Positions 36,430-49,900 of a stretch of 64,000 nucleotides of DNA are shown piece after piece (positions within the stretch are counted from its first letter, which is position 1; each line of letters starts with the position of its first letter). The position numbers and the translations under genes were made by a program. The notes beneath the pieces are model-generated. The model was not told the origin of the DNA and ran no database searches. It was given only the letters and a program-made list of their open reading frames with translations. Source of the stretch: Azolla caroliniana (Eukaryota > Plantae > Polypodiophyta); NCBI GenBank assembly GCA_043228905.1, contig JBHGNT010000007.1, positions 10,788,001 to 10,852,000 on the forward strand, written 5' to 3'.

Positions 36430-38050
36430 ATCTTCTTAATTTTATTGATGATAGTGATAATGCTTGTGAAGTAGCTCCTGTGAAAAGGACAAGAGCCTCC
36501 CAAAAGGAGAAAGAAGTAGAAGGAGAATCTAGTGCCTGAAAACAAAAGATGAAGTCTACGGAGAATGAGAAAGAGGAGAAATTCACAAGGAGACACTGTA
36601 GAAGGAAGATAAAGATGGAGGATCATCCTATGGGAGAAGGTGTAAAAGCTTTCAATCTAAAGCATGAATTGATATCATGTGGACCAAGGATAACATGGCC
36701 GCAACTTCTCCAATTATCTCCCACATTATGAAAGGAGTGGGGGAGGCTTGCGAGTATCCGCCAAAGTCCGAAGAGCGTGCATTATGTGGGAATCATGTGA
36801 ATAGAAGATCAAAAGGATATTCGACCCACTATTTCGGTAACCATAAAAGATCTTTTAAATAAGGATGCTTTACTAGTAAAAAGTGGTAATAGAATTGGTC
36901 CTTCATCCAATGCCATAGTGAGTACGATTGGAAATCCTATTTGTCTAAAGTCCTCCAACAAGGTTGATATGGTTTACAGGGGTTTGGTTCCTTGTTTGGG
37001 AGTTATAAAGGATATGGCTATTGACTTTTTTGGCAATGGATTCACATGTTATACTCATTAATTCACCTTATTCCTTAATATTAATAAAACCTTGGATGCA
37101 AGAATTACATGTAATACATGATTGGAGTATCATGAACTTATCAATTCATCAAAGGGGTTTAACATTTTCTCCAACTTGTATCTACAACGAGCAATCATAT
37201 GTATAAAGGAAAATGAATCATATATCGATGATAGAAAACAAGAAGAGGAAAGCATAACAAGTGATGAATCTTCGTGGGATAGGGAAAAGAAATTGTTTGT
37301 GGTGTTTAAGGGCAAAGAAGAAGGTATTGTCACCTAGAAGGAAAAAAAGAAGAAGATTTTAAACAATATCCAAGGAGAAGAGCATTGAAGGTTTATTTCT
37401 CTTTCTACTAAGTTTCCAAATTTATTCATAAGTAGTTGTTCAAAGATAAAAGGGGTGGATTTGATCAAACACCACATCAAGTTGAAGGAGAGTGTACCTA
37501 TTTCCCCAAAGCTTTAGCAATTGGGTGTTGAACAAAAGGAAGAACTGATACAAGAGTTCAAAGCATGGTTGCAAGTAAGTTTCAATTATAAGATGGAGGA
37601 TTTGAAGTGTGTTCACCTATGGTTTTGGTTCCAAAAAAGAATGATATTGATTTCAAACCCTTGAATGATTCGACCAAATGAGATCAAATTTCACTTCATT
37701 TTCAAGATGACATTTTAGATGAAATAGTCGTTTATACAAGACAAGGTAATGTGGAGAATATGGTGTGCCAAGAATGAATTCATGTGGATGAATCAAAGAT
37801 GAATGTAATTCAAAAGATGACAATTCCAACAAGTCTCAAAGCTTTGAAGGTATTTGTGCAAAAGGTTCGCTCGCTTGAAAGGTTTATTCATATTTTGACA
37901 TGCTTACTTCTATCTAATAATATGCATCATGTGACCCTATGTAATCTCCATGAGTTGATAAAGACATAGTAATTGTGGTAACCTCTTACTTTGTGTTGAC
38001 AAGGAGAAAGATGGTGATGACAATTGTCAATGTGTGTGTGCCTAGAAGTG
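36430..38050 (+). pseudogene. Heavily deleted Gypsy gag-end/protease/RT fragment (family of 43951-45850)
   Basis: RRKIKMEDHPMGEGVKAFNLKHELISCGPRITWPQLLQLSP is homologous to 45700-45850. RT remnant SPMVLVPKKN..DFKPLN. Confidence 0.7.
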
Positions 38051-38156
38051 TGAGATTTGTTTCCTATCACGTAACAGGGGGTTTTTTTTCACACAATAAT
38101 TTGATATATTTTTAGTATTTATAATCCTTCTTTGTCTATAGCCTACCATAAGGCGA

Positions 38157-38970
38157 TGTCATGAGTACATAAAGCCCCATGAGGTTTAGAGTAACTCAAA
38201 CCCGTAACCTCCTAAGAAAGAACACTTACCTTTAGCCATTAAGGGATACATGTTGTACATGAAAATATTATAATTTACTTTATTATAATATTGATAATGT
38301 AACCCTATAAATATCCAAAGGGCGCCATGAACCTACAATATCCCAAAGGGTATCATGACCTTACAAAATCCCAAAGGGTATCAAAAATCTAGAATACATA
38401 AAATCTAGTACTGGTTCCATTTTATTGAATCATGCTAGTATAGTTTTTTCAGCACAAGTTGAGCTTAACAACTCTAGGCGTCATCGAGTTCTTGCCTTTG
38501 ATCTCTTAGATTTAGGATCTCTTAGATTTAGGAGCCAACTCTTGTTTTATGGACAAAGAATTTGCCTTAACCCAGAAAATCCTATTGAGCAACCTACATT
38601 GTCCCACAATTGTTGTAATCATTCATGGTCGACCTATTGCATCTAGAGATATAGTTGAAGAATCGGAGCTAATTCAAGTAGTCCTTGGTAACTTGGCTTG
38701 TGTGATTTCTTTCAATATAATTAGTAGTCCCGAGCATCTGTTTATCCTTGGTTTGAACTTCATAATCCTGAAATTGATTGGAGAAAGCGAGCAATGAATG
38801 ATTTCCAGCAAAAACCTGAATTCAACTCCCTTCTTACTACCAATGAATATTCAAAACCTCATCAAATCTCGACCATCTCTCTACAAAAATTACGAGAAGT
38901 CGGACGAGAAAATGAAAAGTTTGTCTTTGTAGTAACGACAACTCCATCCTTTAGTTGACAAGGATCAGAC
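38157..38970 (+). mobile_element. Tcn1-like fragment: LTR 5' portion with tRNA-like module, joined to a protease remnant
   Basis: Starts TGTCATGA like 38977. MDKEFALTQKILL..IHGRPIAS..SFNIISSPEH matches 40910-41671. Confidence 0.7.
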
Positions 38971-39002
38971 ACCCTCTGTCATGATATGGCATGGTATGGC
39001 TA

Positions 39003-39065
39003 CACAAGGATTCGAACCCATGACCTTGTGTTACATGGGTTGAACCCTTACCATTAAACAATGCA
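39003..39065 (-). promoter_or_regulatory. tRNA-like A/B-box module in LTR U3
   Basis: Minus strand TTGTTTAATGGTAAGG...GGTCATGGGTTCGAATCC (consensus B box). Confidence 0.65.
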
Positions 39066-39436
39066 TTGTAATACAAAATATATTATTTCAATTTATTATT
39101 TCACCATAGGAAATTCATGTATATTCCAAATTACTCTGGAACATTCCAAAAACTTCAGGAGTACTATAAATAGACGCACATGGCATTATTCAAAATCAAT
39201 TCGGTTCAACGCCAATATTAAGCCTCCTAGTTGTTCTTGTATCTTTCTTCATATAATATAATATAGTTCTTGTTGTCATCATTCTCTCTCTCTCCTCTTT
39301 TTTTTTTTTCGTAATTACCTTACCCTACTAGTAAGTTGTTAGCACTACAACCACTACATTTTGGGTTCGAAACCCAACTTCCTCACATCTCTATTATATA
39401 CTTCTTATATATCTCTTAACTCACTAGATGCCACTG

Positions 39437-39505
39437 TGGAATGTAGGGGTTGAACCCATGACCACCTGGTCTCCATTGGGCAACCTTACCAACTGAGCTA
39501 CATCC
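39437..39505 (-). other. tRNA-derived sequence (SINE head or pseudo-tRNA) inside the LTR
   Basis: GGATGTAGCTCAGTTGGTAAGG...GGTCATGGGTTCAACCCCTACATTCCA has a consensus A box and a B box, but no proper anticodon arm. Confidence 0.7.
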
Positions 39506-39539
39506 ATCTGGGCAACTCTCTCTCTCTCACACACACACA

Positions 39540-39584
<45 letters not shown>

Positions 39585-42500
39585 CCTCTCGTGATTCTCA
39601 CACCCTCTTTCCCTTTTTAGTACTAATCCTCATTCTTCTCCTCTATCTTTAGTACTAATTCTCCTTGCCTCTAGTACTATCCCTGACAGTTTGAATCGAA
39701 TTTCCTATCTTCTTATCCCCCATTCCCTTCATACTAAACCTCTTATCCTTCCTCCAATACTAAATGGCAACGATTAGCACTCAAGAATACCAATCCGTTT
39801 TCTTGGAGCTCCCGTGCTTAAAAGAAAAGTTTGTAGCACTAGAACAAGAAAATCATCGTTTGTTGGGGGGTTTTCATCAAATAGCTCTAGAAAAACAACA
39901 ACATGGGGAGTTGACGTTACGTGTGCAACAACTTGAAGCAACTATTATGTCAATGCAACAACAGGGACCAAGCACTCAAGGGACTCTCAAGGAACCCAAG
40001 ATTGGTCTTCCTATGAAGTTCCATGGAACGCAATCACAGTTTAGAGGATCTCTTAATCAGTTAAGTTTGGTGATTCAAATGCATCTTTCTCGATATCCCA
40101 CTAATGCATCACGAGTGGGACTAGTAGGCACACTACTTAGTGGCACAACTTTGGCATGGTTCGCCCCTGTGTTAGAAAAAGACTCTCCTTTGTTAAATAA
40201 TTTTGAGGAGTTTATTAGCGAGTCTAAAGCATGTTTTGGAGATAGCAATAGCGTTAGGATGACAATCAATAAAATCCGATCACTGTGTCAAGGTGATCGG
40301 TTGGGCTCAGCTTATGCCACGAATTTCCGTCTTCTCACCATTGATATTCCCTCGAATGAACAAGCATTAATGGAACAATTTCTCTATGGCCTACATAATG
40401 ATGTCAAGGATTTACTCTTGGTCTTCTTCGAAGAACAAAAGTCTCACAGAAGCAATCAGTTGAGCGGTATGATGCGGTAACCACCTTTTGGAACCACGTT
40501 CGGAACATCAGTTCTTGATGCCAACAACAAAGCCCACCTATGCCTCATTTGTAGCAAAACTTTTTCCAAGAGTCATATAATGCGTCTCTAGCAAATACTC
40601 CAACGTCAATAGAAATCAACACCACACGTCATCGCAGAACATTATCAGAAGAGGAAAAGCAGCGATGCCAAGCAAATCGACTAAGTCTTTATTGTGGTGG
40701 ACTAGGGCATATTGCAGTGACCTATCCTCATGGCCAAGAAGACAAGTAAATCAAATAGCCGCTAGTACCAATAGTACTAAAGCCAAGTCTATTTCATTAG
40801 GAGTGTTAGATAGTCCTAATAGCCCAAGCCTATCAAACAAATTTGAAGTCTTTAGTCAATAAGAAGAAGAGGTAAACGACTAAGTCCAGCCAAAATAGGA
40901 GCCGTTTGGTTGAACAGTCCTAGATCTGTGCAACCCATTAGTGGTTCTATTCCTTCTAAGCACGTTAGCAATGTCTTCCTAGCTCAAGGAATAATTAGTA
41001 CTAAAAGTAATGCTCTAGTACATGTCTTAACACTCCTAGATTCCGGAGCCAAGTCTTGCTTCATGTATAAGAATTTTGCCCAAGCTCATCAGATATCCCT
41101 AAGAAAACTCCCTTGCCCAACTTCTATACTAGTCATTGATGGTCGCCCCATTGCTTCCGGAAATATCATAGAAGAGTCAAAGCCGATTAATGTTGTCCTA
41201 AATAATTTTGCATGTTTCATATCATTTAATATAATTAATAGTCCAGAGCATCCAATTGTTTTGGGGTTACCATGGTTCGAATTACACAATGCGGACGTAG
41301 ATTGGAGAACAAGAGAAATCAGATATCGACAACCTGGAGGATCTACTCATAAGATTTCAATGATTTCGCTACATCAATTGCGTGAGGAAGGACGCAAGGA
41401 AGCAATGTTTGTATTCGCAGTATCAGTGAAACCTTCCAACACCGCTAAGGAGGAGTCAACAATTCCACTTCTAAAGAAGTATCATCATTACGCTGACGTT
41501 TTTGATAAGGTAAAAGCTAGTACTCTTCCTCATCATCGACCGTATGATTGTTCCATTGACTTACAACCTGGAAAAGAGCCACCGTGGGGACCGATCTACA
41601 ACTTGTCACCAACTGAGCTTGAAGTTCTTCGAGCCTACATAGAGGAAAATTTGGCAAACGGGTTCATTTGACATTGGAAATCTCCAGCCAGCGCACCTAT
41701 TTTCTTTGTCCAGATCAAAGATGGATCACTTTGTCAAGTCGTGGATTATCGTGGCTTGAATAAGGTCACCATCAGGAATAGGTATGCACTTCCCTTGATC
41801 TCGAGTCTTTTAGAAAGAATTAATGGTGCAAAGTTTTTTACAAAAATCGACTTACAAGGAGCATATAACCTCGTATGGATTCGACCGGGAAACGATTGGA
41901 AGATAGCTTTCCGCACCCGATATGGGCACTTCGAGTATACTGTTATGCCATTTGGCCTCACCAATGCGCCAATAGTTTTCTAGCACATGGCAAATGATAT
42001 ATTCCGAGATCTTTTGGACATCTGTTTGATCATCTACTTGGATGATTTGCTAGTTTATTCAAAGACACAAGAGGAGCATGATTCTCATGTACTATTAGTA
42101 CTAAGACGACTATGAGAACATGGTCTTTATGCAAAGCTGGAAAAGTGTAGCTTTGACTGTAACCAGGTGGAATTTCTAGGCTATGTCATCTCATAGGAAG
42201 GCATCTCTATGCATCCATCTAAAGTCCAAACTGTGTTGGAGTGGTAGACTCCACGTTCATTGCGAGATGTGCAATGCTTTTTAGGATTCACAAACTTCTA
42301 TTGCAAGTTTATACAAAACTACTCAAAGCTTATTTTACCGCTCACACAACTTAAAAAGAATGGGAAATCTTTGTTTGGACTGAGGAAGTGGACACGGATT
42401 TTGAAGGTCTCAAGAAAGCATTTACATCAGCTCTTGTTTTAGCTCATGTTGATCCACGAAAACCATGTATCATTGAAGTAGACGCGTTTTATTTTGCCGT

Positions 42501-43950
42501 CGGTAGTATTTTGTCACAACAAGGTAAGATAAGAAGATACATCCCTTGGCTTTCCACTGGCGTAAATTTGACATGCTGAAATAAACTATGAGATATTGTT
42601 AGCAATAGTCGACTCTTTTGCACAATGGAGGAATTTTTAAGAAGGATCTCCTCATCAAGTCACCGAATTCAGTGATCACAAGAATCTTGCCTACTTCTAG
42701 AATGCTCGCGTATTAAATAGACAACAAGCTCGATGGGCCCAATTCCTCACTCGTTTTGACTTCAAGATTACATATCGTCCGGGCAAGCAACAGGGGAAGG
42801 CGGATGCATTATCACGATGCTTGTATCTAGCTGCTCATCCTAGTGATCTGGCCTTCGACAATCAAAAGCAAGTAATCATGGGTCCGACAAGACTTCAAGA
42901 AACATGGGTCTTTGACACTCCATTGGATTCCCGCATTATCGATACCATATGTGAAGATTTGAAGACGGATGTTTTCGCTCAAGCTATTCTAGATCAAATC
43001 AATCCTTCTCGGGCATCTTGTTCACGATCACAACAACAAGGTATCGATTATCAGCAATTCAAATGTCATATTGGCTTACTCTTCTTTAAGAAACTTTTGT
43101 ATGTTCCCAATGGTTTGTGCCGCTTTCAAATAGTACAAAATTGTCATGAAACATACAGAGCTAGATATTTTGGTAGTACTAAAATTTTGGATTTAGTACA
43201 ACGATCATTTTGGTGGCCTCATATGAGAATATTTGTCGAAGACTATGTTCGAACATGTGATACATGTTGTAGAGTGAAGATGTCGCGACATCACCCATAT
43301 GGTTTGATGGAGCCATTACCGATCCCAAGCAAACCATGGCAATCCATTTCTCTCGATTTTATCATAGATCTTCCAGACTCGAGGGGCTTCAATGCAATCT
43401 TAACAGTGGTAAATCGACATACTAAGCTGGCACATTTTGTGCCCTGTACTAAAGAAAACACTAGGGAAGAAACCGCCAGAATTGTTATGCGTGAAGTATT
43501 TCGGCATCATGGTCTTCCCGACAGTATCATCAGTGATCGAGGACTGCAATTCGTCTCTAAATTTTGGAAACATCTCTTTAAAATGCTCAAGGTCGTGCCT
43601 GCAATTTCTCCTCTAGCTATCATCCCCAAACAAATGGACAAGCAGAACATACCAATCAAATGCAAGAACAATATCTTCTATGTTTCCTAAGCTATCAACA
43701 AGATGATTGGGCAAATATTCTACACTTTGCTGAATTTGCTTATAATAACTCTACCCACTCCTCTACTAGGATTACACCATTCTACGCTTATATTGGTCAT
43801 CATCCTAACTAGTTTGTGATAGAAACTTCTGAGTTACCTACAAATCCTAGTGTCGGGGATCAATTAGAACGGTTACGACAAATTCAAGCAGAATTATCTA
43901 CCCACCGACATCATGCCCAACAAACATAGAAGGACTATGTAGATCGTCAT

Positions 43951-45850
43951 TGTGATAGAATTCAAGCTATTGAACACTACAAGAATATTAGGTATGGAGT
44001 GTTTTTAGAATTCAAGCTATTGAACACTACAAGAAAAAAGCGGGCCACCAAAACACAGTTTGAAACGAATGCTCATAAATCTTTTGTTTGAAACCCAAAT
44101 ATAATGTGCAAATATGGGTTAGAAAGCTCGTGAAGTCAGCTATGAATAGAAGCTCTTGAGGGAGATATGACGATTAGAATATCTATATGTCATAATCTGA
44201 AAAACTTCAAAAAAAAGCGTGAAAAAGAAAGCAAGGGGAAGTTCTCTAGTAGAAGAGACCTTTATAGAAAGCAAGAAGACTAAGGTGGTGGGGTTATTGG
44301 TCGACTTCTTATGGTGTTTTCTTGCCCATTCATGTAGCTTGGTTGAGTTGTTATCAATATATCTTTGTAGATTTGGATTTATGTATCTTCTTTCTCTCTT
44401 CCCTCCATCATGATCATTCATTATCAATAGATCTTTGTTGTTTTGGATCTATGTATCTTTTTTATCTCTTAGTTCTATCATCACTCTTTCATTTTCTGCG
44501 CTCCAGGAAGGGTCGATCTTTTCCACATCTTGGGAAGGTTGCTTGTGTTGTAGTATTACGTGGATATGACTTTTCAATTTGCCTTGCAGGTGATGGTGTT
44601 CAGGATGCGGGAGCTTTTTTGGCATCCTTCGAGCATCACGCGGTTTGAATTGGGAGGGTGAATGACATAGAGAAACTTCCCTTGTTGGAGGAAACTTTCT
44701 ACTCAAGGGCCCACGAGTGGTATAAGTCCCTATCTCCCAACCAACAAACCAACTACCAATTGTTTGTTAACAATTTTGAAGCAATTACATCCGACGCCGT
44801 AATGCGATGGAAGTGCGAGATGAACTCTTCACGTTGTGTATGTCAATGTCGATGGAGTATTCTGAGTACGAGAGGGTGATCAAAGAGCTTTGGTCAACAT
44901 GGATCCATCTACGAGGAGGCATAGAGGACGAGTGGTTCAAGATGGATCGCTTCAAGGCAGGCTTGACTCCAATCAATTTTCAAACTCTTCTACAAGTGTG
45001 TCAAATTTATGATAGATAACTAAAACTGATGCGGATGGGAGTCGATACAACAATGACGATAGGTGGTGCGAATGTGGTGCCGACTCTAAACGCTCCACAT
45101 AAACCCTCTTTTGTACATGGAGGATAGGTTTTTCGAAACATCTTTAATTCTAATATAGCTAACCAAGCTAGTATACCAATGATGCGAGATGTAGATAATA
45201 CATGAACTGATCGAACTTTCCCCGAGCAGCTAAATCGACGCCTTGATGAGCTAACGAATCAATTCCTCCAAATGAAATCAAGTTTCAACACCAACCAAGT
45301 TCGAAAGGTGCCACAAGAAAAACGAGTCCCGGTTTGTTATTCTTGTGGTATTGAAGGTCACATTGCTACATGGTGTCCTTCGAGATGACAAGGAGGTTTA
45401 GGATGAAGTATCTATCAAATTCAAGGAGGTTCAAATTCCCCTAACCACCATGCAAACAACAATAATCAAGCTTCTATGGATGGAAGACCATTGCCAATTT
45501 CTCAAGTTCCAACAATGCCTCCCAACGTAAATCTTCTTGATTTTATGTATGATACTTGCGATAATTGTGATGTTTTTCCAATCAACAGAACTCGAGCAAC
45601 CCACAAGGGAAAAGAGGTGGAAGGTGAGTCAAGTAACCCTCAAATAATGAAAAAAGCTAAGGAGTCTAAGATGGAGAATCCTTAAAAAATACGTCATTCA
45701 AGGAGAAAGATCAATATCTGGGACATGCCTATGGGGAAAGGAGTGGAGCCTTTCGACCTCAAGCAAGAGTTGATTACTAATGGACCCCGGATTACTTGTC
45801 CATAACTTCTTCAAGTCTCTCCAAAGATATGGAAGGAATGGGGACGACTA
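43951..45850 (+). mobile_element. Gypsy 5' fragment (LTR 43951-44491, degenerate PBS, decayed gag)
   Basis: Homologous to 3223-5225: TAGAATTCAAG in the LTR, GCGCTCCAGG PBS, QDAGAFLASFEHH, and a CYSCGIEGHIATWC knuckle. Confidence 0.8.
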
Positions 45851-45859
45851 GGAAAGATA

Positions 45860-46722
45860 TGGCTTGTTCTCTCGTAAGACATTGTCGATCGAATGACTCG
45901 GTCGAGTGATGGGCTTCTACCGGTCCATCAACGGTAATTCCCATCGATTTTCACCGAATGTCCTTGGTGAGGACTTGGCCGATTGTCTCATCCAGATTTA
46001 GTATCGCTCGACTATTGGCGTATGTCGTGCAGAGTACCTCCCAACTCGCTGACAAGCTCGATAAGAGGGCAAGGTCTTTCACTTCTTCTTCAAAGTTGAT
46101 CCCTTGTGAGGAGAGTTCTAACAACACCCGGCCGAAGGTGTTGATGTGGGAGGTAGCCAGATCGGTTTCTCTCATCTTCCAAATCAGTTTCGAAGATGAG
46201 GACTTCTTCTCATACATGGCTTGTAACTTTTCCCACAGTGAGAACGTTGTCGTCTCTTTTTCCATGATGAAGTAGACATTTTCGTCCAGATGCAATGTGA
46301 TGGTGGAGCATGCAATTTCGTCCATCGATTTCCACTCTTCGGCTATCATTGAAGCAGGTTTTTCGCTGTGTCAAATAGTTTTGACTTGTCTTTTGATGAC
46401 CAGAACATCCTGCATCATCTCCTTCCAAAGTGAAATTTTTTTGCCATTGAACTTTTTTATTTCAACTCCTGTTCCGGATGTCGATGCCATATTCTTCTAT
46501 GAAAAGTGAGATTTTTACTAACCTCAGTTTTTTCTTTTGAGCTTCTTCTATTGTCTATTACTGCCGAATAGCAAGGTCGCTCTGATGCCAGTTGTGGAAG
46601 GTTGGTAGGTGTGTGTGTATGCGGTAGCGTATGAGAACCTGTTTGCATACTCGGAAAACAACACAGAACAGGAGGAAGGAGGAGACTTACATAGAAACGA
46701 GCTTTAATGGAAAGCTTTATTA

Positions 46723-46762
<40 letters not shown>

Positions 46763-46900
46763 GAGACTTGATACAATGTGGAGCATCACCCTTTACAACG
46801 TTAAGTTATTGCTTATATACTAAGCCTTAACTATGTGGACGAGTTCATACTCCGACGGATACAAGTTGGAAGGAGTCAGCCTTTTAAGCCAATAGTACTA
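45860..46900 (-). mobile_element. Copia 5' fragment (LTR ~46593-46900, Met-i PBS, gag)
   Basis: Minus strand TGGCATCAGAGC PBS. Gag EKFNGKNFTLWK..EEWKSMDEIACSTITLHL..LALLSSLSASW. Confidence 0.85.
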
Positions 46901-49900
46901 GCATGGGAGAACTCTCCCTCTTTCATCGATCTTCAATCCATGTTGTTGGTTGAAGAAAACCATGTTTGAACGAGGAGCAATGCCTTGGAAGGCCACATGC
47001 TCTACACACATCGAACAGAGGAAGAGGACGTGGTCGAGCAAGAGGCTGATTGAACCAAGGATGAGGCGGATGAGGTCCGACTTACGAAAACAACTCCCAA
47101 TTTCGGCAACAAGACGGAAGCCATCAAGGAACCTTCGAAAGAAGGGGGAGCTTCCATTCCGGTCCGAGCCGACAAACATCGATCGAATGCGGATAGTGTG
47201 GCAAAATCGACCACCACGAAGAAGAGTTCCAAAAAAAGAGGTGTGAATCGGCTTCCACAAGCCGACAACTCACAAATTACGCCACCAACTCCGATTATGA
47301 AGACCATGGCGGAATGTTCGTGATGAGACATAGAGAAAAATCTATGTTAGCCTCTACTTTGACTAATGCCTCCAATCTGGAAGATGTATGGTTCGTCGAC
47401 TCCGGTGCCTCAAACCATATGACGCCCCATCAAGAATGGTTCTGAGACTTATGAGAGCCGTATCGACCCAGTTAAGTTGAGACTGAAGACGACAACACTC
47501 CTCCGATTTGTCATGTCGGCAATGTCCCATTCCAGAAAGATGGTGAACAAACTTGCATAGAAAACATCTTACATGTACCCACCATAGCGAAGAATTTGGT
47601 CCCGGTCGGCCAAATTGTGGAGCAAGGGATGCAAGTTCATTTCAACGAAGGTGGTTGCTTCATCGAGAAGGAAGGCCGACTAATTGCTCATGGTCGAAGG
47701 GAAGGCCGAATGTTTATCCTCGAAGCGAACGAGGTAAAATCGGCCATGTTTGCAAAGGGTCTCCAACCCGACACTGACATAGAGCTATGGCATAAAAGAA
47801 TTGGCCATATCAATCTCAACAAACTCAAGGCGATGCAATTGAAAGGAGTCATCATTGGGCTCCCGACCGTCAAAGAGAAAGAGATTGAGGGAGTATGTGA
47901 ATCATGCCAATTCATGTTTGCAAAGGGTCTCTCCAACCCGACACCGACATAGAGCTATGGCATAAAAGAATCAGCCATATCAATCTCAACAAACTCAAGG
48001 CGATGCAATCGAAATGAGTCGTCATTGGGCTCCCGACCTTCAAAGAGAAAGAGATTGAGGGAGTATGTGAATCATGCCAATTCGGCAAGAAACATCGGCA
48101 CCCGACCTTCAAAGAGAAATAGATTGAAGGAGAGAAACGTGAGCAATGGCCTATTGGACGTAGTCCACTCGGATGTCTAGGGACCGGCACAGACGACGAC
48201 ATTCAAAGGATGTCCGTCCTACGTTATCTTCATCGATGAATTCTCTAGATACACATAGATCTTTCCCATGAGGATGAAAAGCAAAGTGTTTACACACTTC
48301 CAAGAATTCAAAACTGAAGTCGAAAAGACAATTGGCCACCATGTACGATGTCTTCGGTCGGACGGAGGAAAGGAATACTTCTCCAATGCATTCACGGCAT
48401 ACCTTCGGCAAGAAGGAATTCGACGATAATTCACTTGCTGACACACCCCACAACAGAACGGTGTAACAGAATGCAAGAATCGGCACATCCTCGAAGTAGC
48501 AAGAGCCATGTTAATTGAGAAGCATATGCCCAAGTCATATTGAGCAGAAGCTGCAAATACCGTTGTCTACCTCATGAACCGGTGCACAACATCCGGAGTG
48601 CACGACGTCACCCCGCACGAGAAGTTCTAATTGGGAAGAAGCCAGATATATCCCATTAAGGATATTCGGCTCCATTGCATACGTGCACATTCTCGATCAG
48701 AAGCGGTAGAAGCTTGACCCAAAATCCGAGAAAGTGCATCCTCCTAGGTTACGCACTGGATCAAAAAGGGTACAAGTGCTTCAACCCCTCTACTCGGAAG
48801 GCTCATGTAAGTCGGGATGTCGTCTTTGACGAATTGATATCATGGTACAAACCCGAGCCGACTCCTCCCAAGCCATCAACGAATGACCTCGACAACACCG
48901 AAGACAATGATCAACTAAGGTCAATACTCGAAGAGAGTTCGATCTCAACTAGATTGAGCGGACCACAAGAGCCTCCAAGCAACCAAAGCACATCTCGACC
49001 AAATTCAAAGATGGACAAAGGGAAGGCCAAAATGTCGGAATATGAAGACGATCACTTCAACAGCAACAAATCGACTCACTCACTCGATAGTGAGTTCGAT
49101 GGCTTTGATGTGTCTCTTATGAGGTCACCCAGAGTTAAGAAAGCACTCACATCGGCAAATGAGAAACTTTGTCACTCCACTCAAGAGAAGAATTCGGTTA
49201 GCCAATTTGGCTAAAACGACTATATGTCATACCACTATGCCTTTATGATGAAGGTGGCAACAGTTCAAGAACCTAAGAGCTTTGCCGAAGCTGCTAAAAA
49301 TCCGCAATGGGTTGAAGCGATGAACAAGGAGATGCAAGCTCTCAACATGAGTCATGGGATCTTGTCCCTCACTCACCGCAGAAGAAGGCAGTTGGCTACA
49401 GATGGATATACAAAGAGAAGTATAATGCCGACGGTTCCGTCAACCACTACAAAGCTCAACTTGTAGCAAAGGGCTACGCACAAACACAGGGAGTCGACTA
49501 TGAAGAGACCTTTGCTCTGGTGCCCAAGATGACAACCATACGGACCGTGATAGCGCTTGTTGGAGCAAAAGGATGGCACCTCCACCAGATGGATGTCAAG
49601 AACACCTTTCTTCAAGGCGAATTAGAAGAGGTGTATGTGGTACAACCACCCGGCTTCGAATCCAACATTCATCCAAAAGCCATCTGCGGACTCAAGACGC
49701 CTCTCTACGGTGTTAAGCAAGCTCCATGTGCTTGGCAATCGAAGATAACACAATATCTTCATCGAATCGGCTTCCGAATGTCAAAATCTGACAATTCTCT
49801 CTATGTAAGAAGTGATTCCGAAAGTCCGATTGTCATCATCCTATACGTGGATGATCTAGTCATTGGAGGTGAGCATCTAGTTGACATCAACAAGGTCAAG

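Larger units (their letters stand above)
38977..43950 (+). mobile_element. Tcn1-like chromovirus: 5' LTR (38977-39688), gag, PR, RT, RNase H, integrase; truncated at the 3' end by an insertion
   Basis: TGTCA..TGACA LTR; gag 39764-40480; LLDSGA protease; [29 protein letters not shown]; PWQSISLDFI..SDRG. Confidence 0.92.

Noticed and set aside
39437-39505. Functional tRNA gene
   Set aside because: A and B boxes are good, but the anticodon arm does not pair and the acceptor stem is mismatched. Treated as tRNA-derived.
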